DNA of 64,000 bases from an uncultured Verrucomicrobiae bacterium (GCA_963769025.1 CAVYKI010000009.1:1024001-1088000); one strand, 5' to 3'. Positions 21,135-32,033 are shown, counted from the first letter of the stretch. Numbers and translations: made by a program. The notes: generated from the letters alone by a model not told the origin.

Positions 21135-23081
21135 ATGGCCGCCGACATCTTCCCGGACGCACCGGAGGTTTTCCAAATCCGCACGACCGCCGCAGGGCCG
21201 CAGGGCGCACTCCCGCTCACCGCGGAAATGCTCGGCACCGCTCCGAGCGGCGACCTTTTCGGACTCTCGCAAAATGTCGGCATGGGCTGGGAGGCGGCGA
21301 CGGCGGCGGGCCCGCAGTTTCTCATCCTCAGCACGCAGGGCGGACTCCGCTCGCCGGACGGACGCCCGATCGCGCTCGGCTACCACACGGGCCATTGGGA
21401 AATCGCGCTGCAAGTCGAAGCCGCCGCGCGCGAACTGCGTCGCCTCGGCTGTGTGCCATTCGCGGGCGCGGTGAGCGACCCGTGCGACGGCCGCACGCAG
21501 GGCACGCACGGGATGTTCGACTCGCTGCCGTATCGCAACGACGCGGCAATCGTGATGCGCCGCCTCATCCGCTCGCTCCCGCTGCGGCGCGGCGTCGTCG
21601 GTGTGGCGACGTGCGACAAGGGACTTCCAGCCATGATGATGGCACTCGCAGGCTCGCCGGATCTGCCGGGCGTGATCGTCCCGGGCGGCGTAACGCTCCC
21701 GCCGACACACGGCGAGGACGCGGGGAAAATCCAGACCATCGGCGCGCGCTTTTCGCACGGCCTGCTCTCGCTTCAGGAAGCCGCCGACCTCGGCTGCCGC
21801 GCGTGCGCGACTCCCGGCGGCGGCTGCCAGTTCCTCGGCACCGCGGCCACCTCGCAGGTGATCGCCGAGGCGCTCGGCATGGCGCTCCCCCACTCCGCGC
21901 TCGCACCGAGCGGCCAACCCGTGTGGCTCGACATCGCAAAGCGTTCCGCACAGGCCGTGGTGGATTTGGACGCACGCGGACTCCGCAGCCGCGACATTCT
22001 CACCGAGGGCGCGGTTCGCAACGCGCTCGTCGTACACGCCGCCATCGGCGGATCGACCAATCTGCTTTTGCACATCCCCGCCATCGCGCATGCAGCAGGG
22101 CTCCCACGTCCGAAGGTCGCCGACTGGATCGCCGCAAACCGTTCCACCCCGCGGATCGTGGACGCCCTGCCTAACGGCCCCGTCGGGCATCCGACCGTCC
22201 GCGTCTTCCTCGCAGGCGGAACGCCCGAGGTCATGCTCCACCTCCGCGAACTCGGCCTGCTCGATTGCAGCGTGCTCACCGCGACGGGCCGCACGCTCGG
22301 TGAAAATCTCGACGCATGGCAGATGAGCGGGCGCCGCGCGAAGTTCCGCGAACTGCTGCGCGAACTCGATGGCGTGGATCCCGACGACGTGATCCTGCCG
22401 CCCGCGCGCGCACGCGAACGCGGACTCACCGGCACGATGATTTTCCCCGTCGGCAATCTCGCGCCCGAAGGCAGCGTGGTGAAGGCCACGTCGATCGATC
22501 CGTCAGTCGTCGGCCCGGATTCCGTTTACCGACATGAAGGCCCCGCGCGCGTTTTCCCCAGCGAAGCGACGGCCATCGCGGCGATCCGCGGAGGCGTGAT
22601 TCAATCCGGCGACGTGCTCGTCATCGCCGGCATCGGCCCAATGGGCACGGGAATGGAGGAGACTTACCAGGTCACAAGCGCGCTGAAGCACCTGCCATTC
22701 GGCAAGCACGTCGCGCTGCTCACGGACGCGCGCTTCAGCGGCGTGAGCACCGGCGCGTGCATCGGCCACATCGGCCCCGAAGCCCTCGCGGGCGGCCCGC
22801 TCGGCAGGCTGCGCGACGGTGACATCATCCGCATCGAGATCGATCGCAGCGCCATGACTGGCAGCGTGGATTTCATCGGCGAAAATGGCCGCACTTTCTC
22901 CTCTGAGGAAGGTGCTCGCATCCTCGCGGCACGCCCGATGCGCGATGACCTCGCGCCGCACGCCGCGCTGCCCGACGACACGCGCCTGTGGGCCGAACTG
23001 CAGCGGATCGGCGGCGGCACCTGGGCCGGCTGCGTGTACGACGTGGAAAAAATCATCGCGCGCCTGCGCGGTGAAAACTGA
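21135..23081 (+). CDS. YjhG/YagF family D-xylonate dehydratase (IlvD/Edd superfamily)
   Basis: [64 protein letters not shown]. Confidence 0.9.
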   Translation: MAADIFPDAPEVFQIRTTAAGPQGALPLTAEMLGTAPSGDLFGLSQNVGMGWEAATAAGPQFLILSTQGGLRSPDGRPIALGYHTGHWEIALQVEAAARELRRLGCVPFAGAVSDPCDGRTQGTHGMFDSLPYRNDAAIVMRRLIRSLPLRRGVVGVATCDKGLPAMMMALAGSPDLPGVIVPGGVTLPPTHGEDAGKIQTIGARFSHGLLSLQEAADLGCRACATPGGGCQFLGTAATSQVIAEALGMALPHSALAPSGQPVWLDIAKRSAQAVVDLDARGLRSRDILTEGAVRNALVVHAAIGGSTNLLLHIPAIAHAAGLPRPKVADWIAANRSTPRIVDALPNGPVGHPTVRVFLAGGTPEVMLHLRELGLLDCSVLTATGRTLGENLDAWQMSGRRAKFRELLRELDGVDPDDVILPPARARERGLTGTMIFPVGNLAPEGSVVKATSIDPSVVGPDSVYRHEGPARVFPSEATAIAAIRGGVIQSGDVLVIAGIGPMGTGMEETYQVTSALKHLPFGKHVALLTDARFSGVSTGACIGHIGPEALAGGPLGRLRDGDIIRIEIDRSAMTGSVDFIGENGRTFSSEEGARILAARPMRDDLAPHAALPDDTRLWAELQRIGGGTWAGCVYDVEKIIARLRGEN

Positions 23082-23636
23082 CTACCGGATTACGAGCCGC
23101 GACAGTTCCGAGAGCGCCTCGGCCAGTCCCTCACCCTTCGTCGCCACCGTCGCAAAGCGCGGCGCTCCGAGGCGGTTCAGCACTTCGTCGAGGTATTCGA
23201 GCGGCGCGGCATTTGGAAGGTCGCGCTTGTTGTAGAGAAACACCATCGGCACATCCGAAAGGCCCGGCACCGCGGCGATCTGACGAAGCGCCTCGACGTT
23301 GTCCTCCATGCGTTCGCATTGCGAATCGGCGACGAAAAAGACGCCGTCGAGCTCACTCATCACGCGCTCGACGAGTGCAGGATCGGCGATTTTTCCCGGC
23401 ACGGTAATCGCCTTGCAGCGCGCGCGGTAGTCGGCGATCGGCACGAGATCCGGCGGCGTGAAATCGAAGCTGACGATCTGGTCTTCGCCGATCGGACGCA
23501 TGACCAGTTCCGCACGCATCTCGACCGGCAGTCCGGCGTGCAGACGCCAGAGCATCTGGGTTTTTCCCGCGCCCGCGGGACCCGCGACACCGAAGCGGAG
23601 CAGGACTTCTTTCTCGTTGTAATCGATGGTGGGCAC
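23082..23636 (-). CDS. MglA-like small Ras-family GTPase (catalytic residues substituted)
   Basis: GPAGAGKT, FDF, TVPG, DGVFFVADSQ.ERME, YNKRDLPNA colinear with Myxococcus MglA. Confidence 0.8.
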   Translation of the reverse strand: MPTIDYNEKEVLLRFGVAGPAGAGKTQMLWRLHAGLPVEMRAELVMRPIGEDQIVSFDFTPPDLVPIADYRARCKAITVPGKIADPALVERVMSELDGVFFVADSQCERMEDNVEALRQIAAVPGLSDVPMVFLYNKRDLPNAAPLEYLDEVLNRLGAPRFATVATKGEGLAEALSELSRLVIR

Positions 23637-23648
23637 GGAGCGGGGGTT

Positions 23649-25085
23649 CTAGTGCGCCTGCGTGCCGCCGGCCAGCAATTCGGCCACGCGCGCGAGCCGT
23701 TCGCGCACGCCGGGAACGGTGCTGCCGGCGGCGAGGACCGCGGCGACGCAGACTCCATCGTGGAGAAAAAGCGCGATGTCCGAGTCGCCGCGCTGCAGCG
23801 TTTCGGAAACGTTTCCGCCCTTCCGCGCCAATTCCGCTGACGCTGTGAGCACATCGGCCGGGCTCGCGCCGTGTGCAAAATCGCCGGCTGCCGCGTCGCC
23901 AGCCGCTCCGGAAATGACGCATGCCCGGACTCCCGGCAGTCCCGCTGCCAGCGCCGCAACGCCGCCGAGATCGAGCGCGATGCCCGTCATGAAAAGGTTC
24001 TGCAGTCCCGCAAAATCCGGCGCACTGCGCGGTGCCGACGATGTGGCTTCGTCATTCGCAGACACCACTGACGGACCTGTACCCGTTGGCGCGAGGACCA
24101 CCGGTTGCGCGCCGCCGACCACCGGCGCGATGCGCGGTGCAAGAATGAACCCCGGCGCGGATGATGCGGTCGCCGCGACTGGCCCGGCACCTCCGAGCAC
24201 CACGGCGCGGAGCGTGGTGGACGTCGAAACTTCTTTCTGCGGACGCAATTGCACCGGTTGAGAAGTCGGCTCGGTCGCGGTGATGGAAATCGTCGGCTGA
24301 TGCTCGGGAATCAACGGCGGTGGAGGCTTTACGACGGATGCGGGAAATTCCGGCTCCGGCGCGGTCTCCGCAGTCGCGTGCTCGCTCCCCACCGTGGGAA
24401 TGTCCGACCCTGGAAGCGGCGTCGCCTCGGCGGCAGGCGCCACCTCGACAGCCACCAACACCGACACCGGAGGATTATCCCACACGATGGATGGCAAACG
24501 CTCGGCGACAATCTCACCGCTCAACAAGGCGGCGGATTCCGCGGGGCGGTCCACCGGCGCGGGCTGGCGCTCCTCGCGCGCCGCCATTTTTTCCACCGGC
24601 ATCGCGGCGAGTTCCGCCGCGTAGCTGCCGATCTGCTGGAGCAGCTTTTGAATCGGCAGGCGAATCTGCGGATCATCCGTCTCGCCGCGCTCCCAGCGAA
24701 ACACTTCGGGCGCGAGGGCCACGAGCCGTGCGAGCGAAATTTCCGCGCGGCCGCGTGCGAGCCCGGGAGCGACGTCCGCCGCCGCGATGCGCACCACGCG
24801 GCGCTCGTCGTGCCGCCCCAGCCACATGAATTTCTCCGGCACGCGCGCGATCAATTCGCCGAGCGTCAGCTCAAACTCCGCCGGCATGCCATCCTGCTTC
24901 CGCACGCCCACAGCGGCCGCGATCGCGCCCAGGCCACGCACATTGCCGCCGCCTTCCGACGACGAGGGACGTTCGTCGGCCAACGCACTCCTGTGCCGGA
25001 AAAGTTGAGCAAGCAATACCATCGCCCTGTCTTTTGCCTCCAAAGGGACCCCGATGTAAAGGCGCTCAAATGCCTCCGGCGCCAC
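23649..25085 (-). CDS. Multidomain protein with Pro/Ala-rich linker and C-terminal Roadblock/LC7 (MglB)-like domain
   Basis: C-terminal LAAGLPGVRACVIS... alpha-beta-beta-alpha-beta-beta-beta-alpha pattern; immediately upstream of the MglA-like gene. Confidence 0.55.
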   Translation of the reverse strand: MAPEAFERLYIGVPLEAKDRAMVLLAQLFRHRSALADERPSSSEGGGNVRGLGAIAAAVGVRKQDGMPAEFELTLGELIARVPEKFMWLGRHDERRVVRIAAADVAPGLARGRAEISLARLVALAPEVFRWERGETDDPQIRLPIQKLLQQIGSYAAELAAMPVEKMAAREERQPAPVDRPAESAALLSGEIVAERLPSIVWDNPPVSVLVAVEVAPAAEATPLPGSDIPTVGSEHATAETAPEPEFPASVVKPPPPLIPEHQPTISITATEPTSQPVQLRPQKEVSTSTTLRAVVLGGAGPVAATASSAPGFILAPRIAPVVGGAQPVVLAPTGTGPSVVSANDEATSSAPRSAPDFAGLQNLFMTGIALDLGGVAALAAGLPGVRACVISGAAGDAAAGDFAHGASPADVLTASAELARKGGNVSETLQRGDSDIALFLHDGVCVAAVLAAGSTVPGVRERLARVAELLAGGTQAH

Positions 25086-25104
25086 GTCCGCGCGTGTCAG
25101 CGGC

Positions 25105-26454
25105 TCACTTTCCGATGCACCAGAGCTTCTCGCTCGTGCGGATGAAGAGGTTGCCGTCGCTCACGGCGATGCTGCTGCGTGTGGCGTCGCCGGCGCCCAT
25201 GGAGATCGTGGCGAGCACCTTTCCGTCGGCGAGGTTCTGCACCACGGCGGTGCCGCGCTCGCCGATGTTGTAAATTTTGCCATCGGCGACGGTCGGCGAG
25301 GCGCGGAAAATTTCCATGCCCTTGGCGCGGTCGAGCGTGAAGGCTTCCTGCCAGATCTTCGCGCCGGTCTTCGCGTCGAGGCAGGTCATCACCTGCTTGT
25401 CGCCGTTGAGCGCGTAGAATTTCCCGTCAAACGCCGCGGGCGTGCAGGTGTCGGGCGTGTTCTTCTCGTCGAAGACCCATGCGCGACCCTTCTCGGTGAT
25501 GTCGCCTTTGCCGGTCATCCGATAGGCGATGGCCGGGCTCTGCTTCGGCCCGCAGACGAGCGCGATGTCGCCGGATGCCACGGCGCTCGGCACGAGGCGC
25601 ATGAATCCGCCGCCGCTCAGGCCCTTCTTGTTATTGATGCCGCCGCCGCGCCACAGCTCGGCACCGGTCTCGGGATCGTGGCCGGTGAGGTAGTCGCCGC
25701 CGGCGATCAGAAGCTGCGTCTTGCCGCCGACGGTGTGCGGGATGGGCGTGGCGTAGGTTTCCTGCGTCTCCTGCTCCGCGTCGGACGGGCGGACGTGTTT
25801 CCAAAGCGTCTTGCCGGTCGCGGGATCGAGCGCGAGCAGGTAGCTTTCGCGCGGACCATGGTCGGCGTCCTCGATGCCGGGATAGCCGCCGTCGGCGGGC
25901 GTGCGCTGGAGCACGAGGACGTAGAGCTTCCCGCCGTAGAGCAGCGGGCTGCTGCCATAGACCCAGTTGATGTTGAACTTCCCGTAGTCCTTCGCGAGGT
26001 CGCGCGCCCAGACCTGCTTGCCGGAAAAATCGAACGCCGCGAGCTGCCCGGTGCCGACGAGCGCCCACACGGTCTTGCCGTCCGTCACCGGCGAAGGCGA
26101 GGTGCTGTTGCCGCGGCCCTTCGCGAGCGCGCCACCGGCGAGGTTGTGCTTCCACGCGACTTTGCCGGTCTTGCGGTCCACGGCGATGAGCCACTGGTTG
26201 TTCTCCGGGTCGGGGCTCATCACGAAGACGAGCCCGCCCGACACGATTGGCGTCGCGCCGCTGATGCCAGGCATGTCCAGCGACCACTTTACGCCCTCGG
26301 TCTGGCTCCACTTTGCGGGCAGATTCTTTTCCGGCGAAGTGCCGTTGAAGGCCGGGCCGCGCCATTGCGCCCAGTCGGCGGCGCTGGCGGTGGAGATGAC
26401 GAGGAGGGAAGCGAGCGTGAGGAGTTTCATTTGGGAGATGTCGGAAAGGTTCAT
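25105..26454 (-). CDS. PQQ-binding-like beta-propeller protein
   Basis: ADWAQWRGP, repeated D..TG...W motifs, SSP, IRT...LWCIG. Confidence 0.9.
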   Translation of the reverse strand: MNLSDISQMKLLTLASLLVISTASAADWAQWRGPAFNGTSPEKNLPAKWSQTEGVKWSLDMPGISGATPIVSGGLVFVMSPDPENNQWLIAVDRKTGKVAWKHNLAGGALAKGRGNSTSPSPVTDGKTVWALVGTGQLAAFDFSGKQVWARDLAKDYGKFNINWVYGSSPLLYGGKLYVLVLQRTPADGGYPGIEDADHGPRESYLLALDPATGKTLWKHVRPSDAEQETQETYATPIPHTVGGKTQLLIAGGDYLTGHDPETGAELWRGGGINNKKGLSGGGFMRLVPSAVASGDIALVCGPKQSPAIAYRMTGKGDITEKGRAWVFDEKNTPDTCTPAAFDGKFYALNGDKQVMTCLDAKTGAKIWQEAFTLDRAKGMEIFRASPTVADGKIYNIGERGTAVVQNLADGKVLATISMGAGDATRSSIAVSDGNLFIRTSEKLWCIGK

Positions 26455-26559
26455 GGGACAATCCGGGCGGCGGAGTCAACTTAGCGCACGCGAGCGATGC
26501 CGCTTCCCTTTCCGCCCCGGCACTGGACTGGCGCGGAGAAAATCGTACGCTGCGGCATC

Positions 26560-27574
26560 ATGAGCAAAGCGCTGGCCCCCATCCTCGCCCTCGCCGCCAT
26601 CGGCGGCGCGGCATTCTCCTACATGCAGTACAACGCCCGCTCGGCCGCCGAGGCTGCAGCCGAGGAACGCGACCTGCGAATCTCCGCGCTGGAACAGTCG
26701 ATGCGCGACGCGGCCGACGCCGCCAAAAAGGCGCAGGACGAACTCGCGCTGGAAAAGGAGAACGTCGCGCGGCTGAAACGGGAACGCGACGACGCGCTCG
26801 AAAAGGCGAAGCGCGTCGCCGCGTCCGGCGCACCCGGAGCGCCCGGCGCGGACGGCAAACCGCAGTTCGACCTCCGCAATGCGCTGGGCGGATTCGCAAA
26901 GGCGTTCGACGATCCCGATCAGCGCAAGGCGATGCAAGTCCATGCAGGAGCGCATGGTGAGCGGCGCGTATGACAAGCTCTTCAAGGAACTCGGCCTCAG
27001 CGAAGCCGACTCCAAGCTGGTGTCCGAACTCCTCGGCGAGCGGAATTTTCTCGCGATGGACAAGGGGCGGAAACTCCTGACCGGCAAGACGGATGAGGCT
27101 TCCGTGGCGGCGATCCGCAAGGACATCGAGGCGACAAAGGCCGAATACGATTCGAAGCTGAAGGCCGTGCTCGGGGACGAGAATTCCGGCAAGCTCAGCG
27201 CGTACGAGCAGACCGTGGGCGACCGGCGCGCGCTGGATTCGCTCTCCAAGGAGTTCGAGCGCAAGGCGCAGCCGCTCGATGATTCGCAAAAGAGCCGCCT
27301 CACCGCCATCATGACCGAGGAACGCCTCCGCACGCCTTCGAACGAAATCCCGGACCTCGGCGGCGGGCCGGGGATGCAGATGCTCATGTCCGACGAGGAA
27401 GCGAAGGCCCGGCAGTCGCAGGAAGAGGCGTATCAGCAGCGTGTGTACGCCCGTGCCGCGGAGGCCGGTCTCACGCCGGATCAGCTCAACACGCTGCAGG
27501 ATTCGCAGAAGAGGCAGAACGAGCGGCGCGTCTTCAGCCGCACCATGGGCCGCGCCTTTCTGATCCCGAAATAG
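26560..27574 (+). CDS. Membrane-anchored coiled-coil/helical hypothetical protein, frameshift near 26935
   Basis: MSKALAPILAL TM, coiled coil, continues in ORF 26879-27574 (YDKLFKELGLS...LTPDQL). Confidence 0.6.
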
Positions 27575-27638
27575 CGAGGGGCGCAGCGGCCATCGCACTC
27601 TTGCCTCGACCTTTGCGACCGCGTAACGCTCGCCGCAT

Positions 27639-28430
27639 ATGAAACGCCGTACCTTCCTCCAGTCTTCCGTCGCGCAGGCCGTCGTCGGGTCCGCCGCATT
27701 CGCCGCACTTTCCACCACCGCATCCGCCGCGGGAGAACCCCGCGAATACTACGAGCTTCGCACCTACACGCTGAAGACCGCGAAGAAGCCGATGCTGGAT
27801 GCCTATCTCGGCAAGGCGTTCATCCCGGCGCTCCGGCGCGCGGGCATCGGGCCGGTCGGCGTCTTCAGCGAGAGCCCGGCCGAGGATAAAGTCGCCGCGT
27901 ATGTGGTGATCGTCTTCAAGTCCGCCGATGAGGCCGCCACGCTGCCTGCGCGCCTCGCAGCGGATCCCGAATACCGAAGCGCCGCCGCCGGGTATCTGGA
28001 TGCGCCTGCGAGCGACCCGGTGTACGAGCGAATCGAGAGTTCGTTCCTCGGCGCGATTGGTGGATTTCCGAAACTCTCAAAGCCCGACGCGGCGCAGGGG
28101 CGGCTGCTGAATTTGCGCATCTACGAAAGCCACAACGAACGCGCCGCCGCGAAGAAGATCGAGATGTTCAACGAGCACGAGCTGGCGATCTTCCAGCGCG
28201 TGGGACTCACTCCCGTCTTCTTTGCCGAGTCCCTCATCGGCTCGAAAATGCCGAATCTCACCTACATGCTGGTGTTCCCCGATGAAGCCGGGCGCGCTGC
28301 GGCGTGGAATACCTTCAGGATCGATTCGCAGTGGGTCACGCTCAAGGCGATCCCCGAGTATGCGGACAAGGAGATTGTCTCGCGCATCACGAACAAGCTG
28401 CTGACGCCGGAGCCGTATTCGGAAATCTAG
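27639..28430 (+). CDS. NIPSNAP family protein with Tat signal
   Basis: MKRRTFLQ, YYELRTY, LRIYESH, PNLTYML. Confidence 0.88.
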   Translation: MKRRTFLQSSVAQAVVGSAAFAALSTTASAAGEPREYYELRTYTLKTAKKPMLDAYLGKAFIPALRRAGIGPVGVFSESPAEDKVAAYVVIVFKSADEAATLPARLAADPEYRSAAAGYLDAPASDPVYERIESSFLGAIGGFPKLSKPDAAQGRLLNLRIYESHNERAAAKKIEMFNEHELAIFQRVGLTPVFFAESLIGSKMPNLTYMLVFPDEAGRAAAWNTFRIDSQWVTLKAIPEYADKEIVSRITNKLLTPEPYSEI

Positions 28431-28453
28431 GCCGCACCGCGCCGCGGACGCGG

Positions 28454-29665
28454 CTACCTCCCGCCGAGGTCGAGGCAGACCAGTTCGCCGGTATTGTTGC
28501 GGCAATAGGCTTTGCCATTCGCGAACACGGGCTGCACCCAGCAGCGGCCGCCGAGGACTTTCCTTCGGGCGAGTTCCCTGTAGGCCGCGCCCGATGCGGC
28601 GGCGATGACGAGGTCGCCGGTCTCGGTGAGAATGAGCAGCTTGTCGCCTGCGAGGATCAGCGAGCCGTTGGTCCCCGCCTTCGCGCGCCACTTTTCATCG
28701 CCGCTCGCGAGATCGAGGCAGACAAGCGCGGTGCGGCGCTTGCCTGCCTCGCCGTCCACTCCGAAGACGCTGCCATCCGCATGGACGGGGGAGTTGAAAT
28801 GCGCGTTGAAATTCCTCGTGAACCACACCTGCGACGGTTTGCCGCCGGAGAAGTTCACCATCGCCGCACCGTGATTGTAGGCGGCGGAAATGATCGCCAT
28901 TTCCCCCACGACGAGCGGCGTCGCTGCGTTCACCTTGAATGCGGTCTTCCAGTCGAAGCGCCACGCCTCGCGGCCGTCCGCCGCATTGAGCGCGACGAGA
29001 GCGTCGGCCTTCAGAATGAGGATGCGGTGCGCGCCGCCGTGCGTGGCAATGGCGCTGCCGTAGCCGGCCTCATCGTCGCCGGATTTCCATGCGAGCTCGC
29101 CGGTGAGCTTGTTGAGCGCGACCGTGCTCGCGCCCTTGCCGCCCGAATCGAGGATGACGTTGTTTCCGACAATCGTCGGCGAGCCGCTAAAGCCCCACTC
29201 AGGCCGCCTGCCGGCGAACTCGCTCATGAGGTTCCTTTCCCAAACCGGCTTGCCCGTCGCCGCCGAGACACAGGCGACATGCCCATCCGCGCCGAGCATG
29301 TAAATGCGATCGCCATCCACCGTCGGCGTCGCGCGTGGGCCACCCTCGAAGAGATAGGCACCCAGCTTTGCGGACCATGAGTGCGTCCACAGCACGCGGC
29401 CGTTTGCGGGGTTCACGCAGTAGAGGACTTCCTTGCCGTCCTTGAAGCCCGCGGAAAATGCGCGGCCATCCGCGACGGTCACACTGCTCAGCCCGGTGCC
29501 GAGCTGCACGCGCCACAGTTCGCGCGGACCACCGACGGGCAATGTGCCGATGCTTTCCTGCGTCGAGCCATTCATCGCAGGCCCCCGGTAGTGCGGCCAG
29601 TCGCCGGCAGGGAGCGGGCCGGAAAAAATCACACCGCACGCGAGGAGGGAGGCGACTTTGAACAT
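28454..29665 (-). CDS. PQQ-binding-like beta-propeller protein
   Basis: GDWPHYRGP, GPRATP, WGFSGSP, repeated TG...W, LVCLDL. Confidence 0.9.
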   Translation of the reverse strand: MFKVASLLACGVIFSGPLPAGDWPHYRGPAMNGSTQESIGTLPVGGPRELWRVQLGTGLSSVTVADGRAFSAGFKDGKEVLYCVNPANGRVLWTHSWSAKLGAYLFEGGPRATPTVDGDRIYMLGADGHVACVSAATGKPVWERNLMSEFAGRRPEWGFSGSPTIVGNNVILDSGGKGASTVALNKLTGELAWKSGDDEAGYGSAIATHGGAHRILILKADALVALNAADGREAWRFDWKTAFKVNAATPLVVGEMAIISAAYNHGAAMVNFSGGKPSQVWFTRNFNAHFNSPVHADGSVFGVDGEAGKRRTALVCLDLASGDEKWRAKAGTNGSLILAGDKLLILTETGDLVIAAASGAAYRELARRKVLGGRCWVQPVFANGKAYCRNNTGELVCLDLGGR

Positions 29666-29852
29666 GGAGCGAAGTAGGCGCGCGGGTTGGTTTCGTCAAC
29701 ACCCACGCCGGAGAACTGCGAAGGCGAACATCGGACTTCGCAAGACTCTGCATGCGGGCCATCCGGCGGTTGGATACTTGCAGAAAAGTTTCGCCGCCAT
29801 CATCATGCACCGTCTGCCGCTCCCGCACTGAACGTTTAAACCCTCTCCACAC

Positions 29853-31205
29853 ATGTTCTTCGCCTGTCCCAATTGCCAGATGTCCCTCCAAGCCGAGCCG
29901 GAATCGGCAGGCCGCGCGGTCAATTGCCCGGGATGCGGCACGCGTTTCGAGGTCCCGCAATTGACCCCGGCGGAAACCGCTGGCGCGGGGCAGGTCAAAC
30001 GCCAGGGCTGGCCGGAGACGGATCCTTCCAACGTCAACCTTTGGGTCGGCCTCGGCATCGGCATGGGGGCGATGGCGGTCGTGGTCGGGCTGCTTGCGCT
30101 CATTCGGAATACCTTCATCGGGCAGGTGTTTTTCTCGGGCGGCTGGGTCAACTACATGGAGTTCGTCCTGTTCTTTTGGGGCCTCGGCATTTTGTTTTTG
30201 AAATTCCGCAAGACCCGCCACCAGCGCGACGCACTGCTGCTCGATGTGCTGCCCGATCGCCTCGGCAGACGGGTCAACGCGACGACCATTGGGAAATTCG
30301 TGGATCACCTCTACGGCCTGCCGGCGACCCTTCGGGATTCGATGATGGTGAATCACATCCGCAAGGGCCTGGAGCTTTTCGAGGCGCGCAACAGCAACAG
30401 CGAAGTCGCCGCACTGCTGGATGCGCAGTCCGCGATCGACGCCAACAAGATCGGCAGCAGCTACGCGCTGCTGAAAGTGTTCCTGTGGGCGATTCCGATT
30501 CTCGGCTTCATCGGCACGGTGCTCGGCCTGTCGTTCGCGATGGCGGGTTTCGGCTCCGCGGATCTCACGGACATGGAGGCCCTGAAAGGCTCGGTGACCG
30601 CGATCACGAGCGGCCTCGCGACGGCATTCAACACCACGCTGCTCGGCCTCATTCTCAGCATGCTGCTCATTTTCCCGATGAGCAGCATCCAGAAAATGGA
30701 GGAGGACAGCCTCAACAACATCGATGCGTTCTGCAACGAAGTGGTGCTCCCGCGGCTCGACGACGGCGGCACGAATGCCGGTGCCAGTGCCGGCAGCATC
30801 CCGCAGCTCGTCGAGCAGCTCGCGGCGGGAATCACGGCGAGCCAGCGCGAGTTTCTCGAGGAGTTCAACAACTCGGCGGAGATCTTCCGCAATCTCGCGG
30901 TGCAGCTTCAGGAGGCGTCCGCCGCACACCAACAGAAGGTCGAGGAGCAGTTCACCAACACGCTCACCGAACTCACGACGAAGACGAACGACTCCATTGG
31001 CAGCGTTGCAAAATCGGTCGCGGATCTTACCGGCAAAACAGGCGCTGCCGTGGAGAAATCCACGGAGTCGGCGTCGCTTTACCTCCAGGCGCTGAACACC
31101 GGCATCCGCGGGCTGAACGAAGTGCTTACGAAGCTCGGCGAGAAACAGGTCCTCATCCAAAACGTCCGCACGGGCTGGTGGCCCTTCGGGAGCAAGAAGT
31201 CGTAG
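29853..31205 (+). CDS. MotA/TolQ/ExbB proton-channel family protein with N-terminal zinc ribbon and long helical C-terminal tail
   Basis: CPNC...CPGC; four hydrophobic segments; WAIPILGFIGTVLGL and GLATAFNTTLLGL channel motifs. Confidence 0.85.
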   Translation: MFFACPNCQMSLQAEPESAGRAVNCPGCGTRFEVPQLTPAETAGAGQVKRQGWPETDPSNVNLWVGLGIGMGAMAVVVGLLALIRNTFIGQVFFSGGWVNYMEFVLFFWGLGILFLKFRKTRHQRDALLLDVLPDRLGRRVNATTIGKFVDHLYGLPATLRDSMMVNHIRKGLELFEARNSNSEVAALLDAQSAIDANKIGSSYALLKVFLWAIPILGFIGTVLGLSFAMAGFGSADLTDMEALKGSVTAITSGLATAFNTTLLGLILSMLLIFPMSSIQKMEEDSLNNIDAFCNEVVLPRLDDGGTNAGASAGSIPQLVEQLAAGITASQREFLEEFNNSAEIFRNLAVQLQEASAAHQQKVEEQFTNTLTELTTKTNDSIGSVAKSVADLTGKTGAAVEKSTESASLYLQALNTGIRGLNEVLTKLGEKQVLIQNVRTGWWPFGSKKS

Positions 31206-31211
31206 CACGCC

Positions 31212-32033
31212 ATGGCACAGGCACGCGCCCGTTCCGACGCCGAGGTTTCGCTCTTTCCGTTCCTGAGCATCCTCGTTTGCCTCATCGGCTCGCTCGTGCT
31301 GCTGATCGTCATCATGACCATCGTGCAGTCACGGATGGGCGACGGACGCACGCCGCAGGAGATGGACCGGGCCGTCGAGGCGCTGAAGCTGAAGAAGGAA
31401 ATCGCAGAGCGCGAGAAGCAGCTCGAACAGCTCAAGAAGGATTCGCCCGCCGCCGCAAACAAGGACGCGCTCCAGCAGAAGCTGGCCGCCATCGTCACGC
31501 TCCGGAAGGAACTCGCCCTCGGGGAGGACGCGCGGAAGACGAACAAGGAAATGAGCGCCGAGCTGCAAAAGAAACTCGAGGACATGCTCACCCAGCTCGC
31601 GGAAATGGCGAAGGAGAAGCCGCCTATCGACAAGGAGATCGCAAGGCTGAAGGCCGAACTCCTCGCTCGAAACAAGAAGCCTGACGACAAGCCGCCTGCG
31701 ATCATCGTCCAGGCCGGTGGCACCGGGACCTCGGCGAATGTGCGCCTCCATTTTGTGGAATGCAGCGCCGCGGGCATCGTGATGCACAAGAGCCTGACGG
31801 AGCAGGTGCGAATCACCTCCGCGAGCATCGGCGTGGATCCCGCCTACAACGCCTTCCTCGACGAGGCGCGCAAACAGCCGAACAGCATGATCCTCTTCCT
31901 CCTCCGCGACGACGGACTGGGCACCTACAACCGGGCCGCCGGATGGGCTGAGGGACAGTTCAACCTGCGCATCGGCAAACTCCCGCTGCCTGGCAAGGGC
32001 CCCGCCGACCTCTCCGCATTTTTCCCCAAATAG
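31212..32033 (+). CDS. ExbD/TolR-like single-TM protein with coiled-coil stalk (no TM Asp)
   Basis: EVSLFPFLSILVCLIGSLVLLIV; coiled coil; C-terminal ILFLLRDDGLGTYNRAA resembling the ExbD periplasmic domain. Confidence 0.65.
   Translation: MAQARARSDAEVSLFPFLSILVCLIGSLVLLIVIMTIVQSRMGDGRTPQEMDRAVEALKLKKEIAEREKQLEQLKKDSPAAANKDALQQKLAAIVTLRKELALGEDARKTNKEMSAELQKKLEDMLTQLAEMAKEKPPIDKEIARLKAELLARNKKPDDKPPAIIVQAGGTGTSANVRLHFVECSAAGIVMHKSLTEQVRITSASIGVDPAYNAFLDEARKQPNSMILFLLRDDGLGTYNRAAGWAEGQFNLRIGKLPLPGKGPADLSAFFPK

Noticed and set aside
19776..22241. 821-aa minus-strand ORF
   Set aside because: Antisense to FIST and dehydratase genes; stop-poor frame from high GC, no motifs
29199..31684. Long alternative ORFs (669 aa minus, 603 aa plus) over the ExbB-like gene
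   Set aside because: Shadow frames, Arg/Pro-rich or antisense, no recognisable domains
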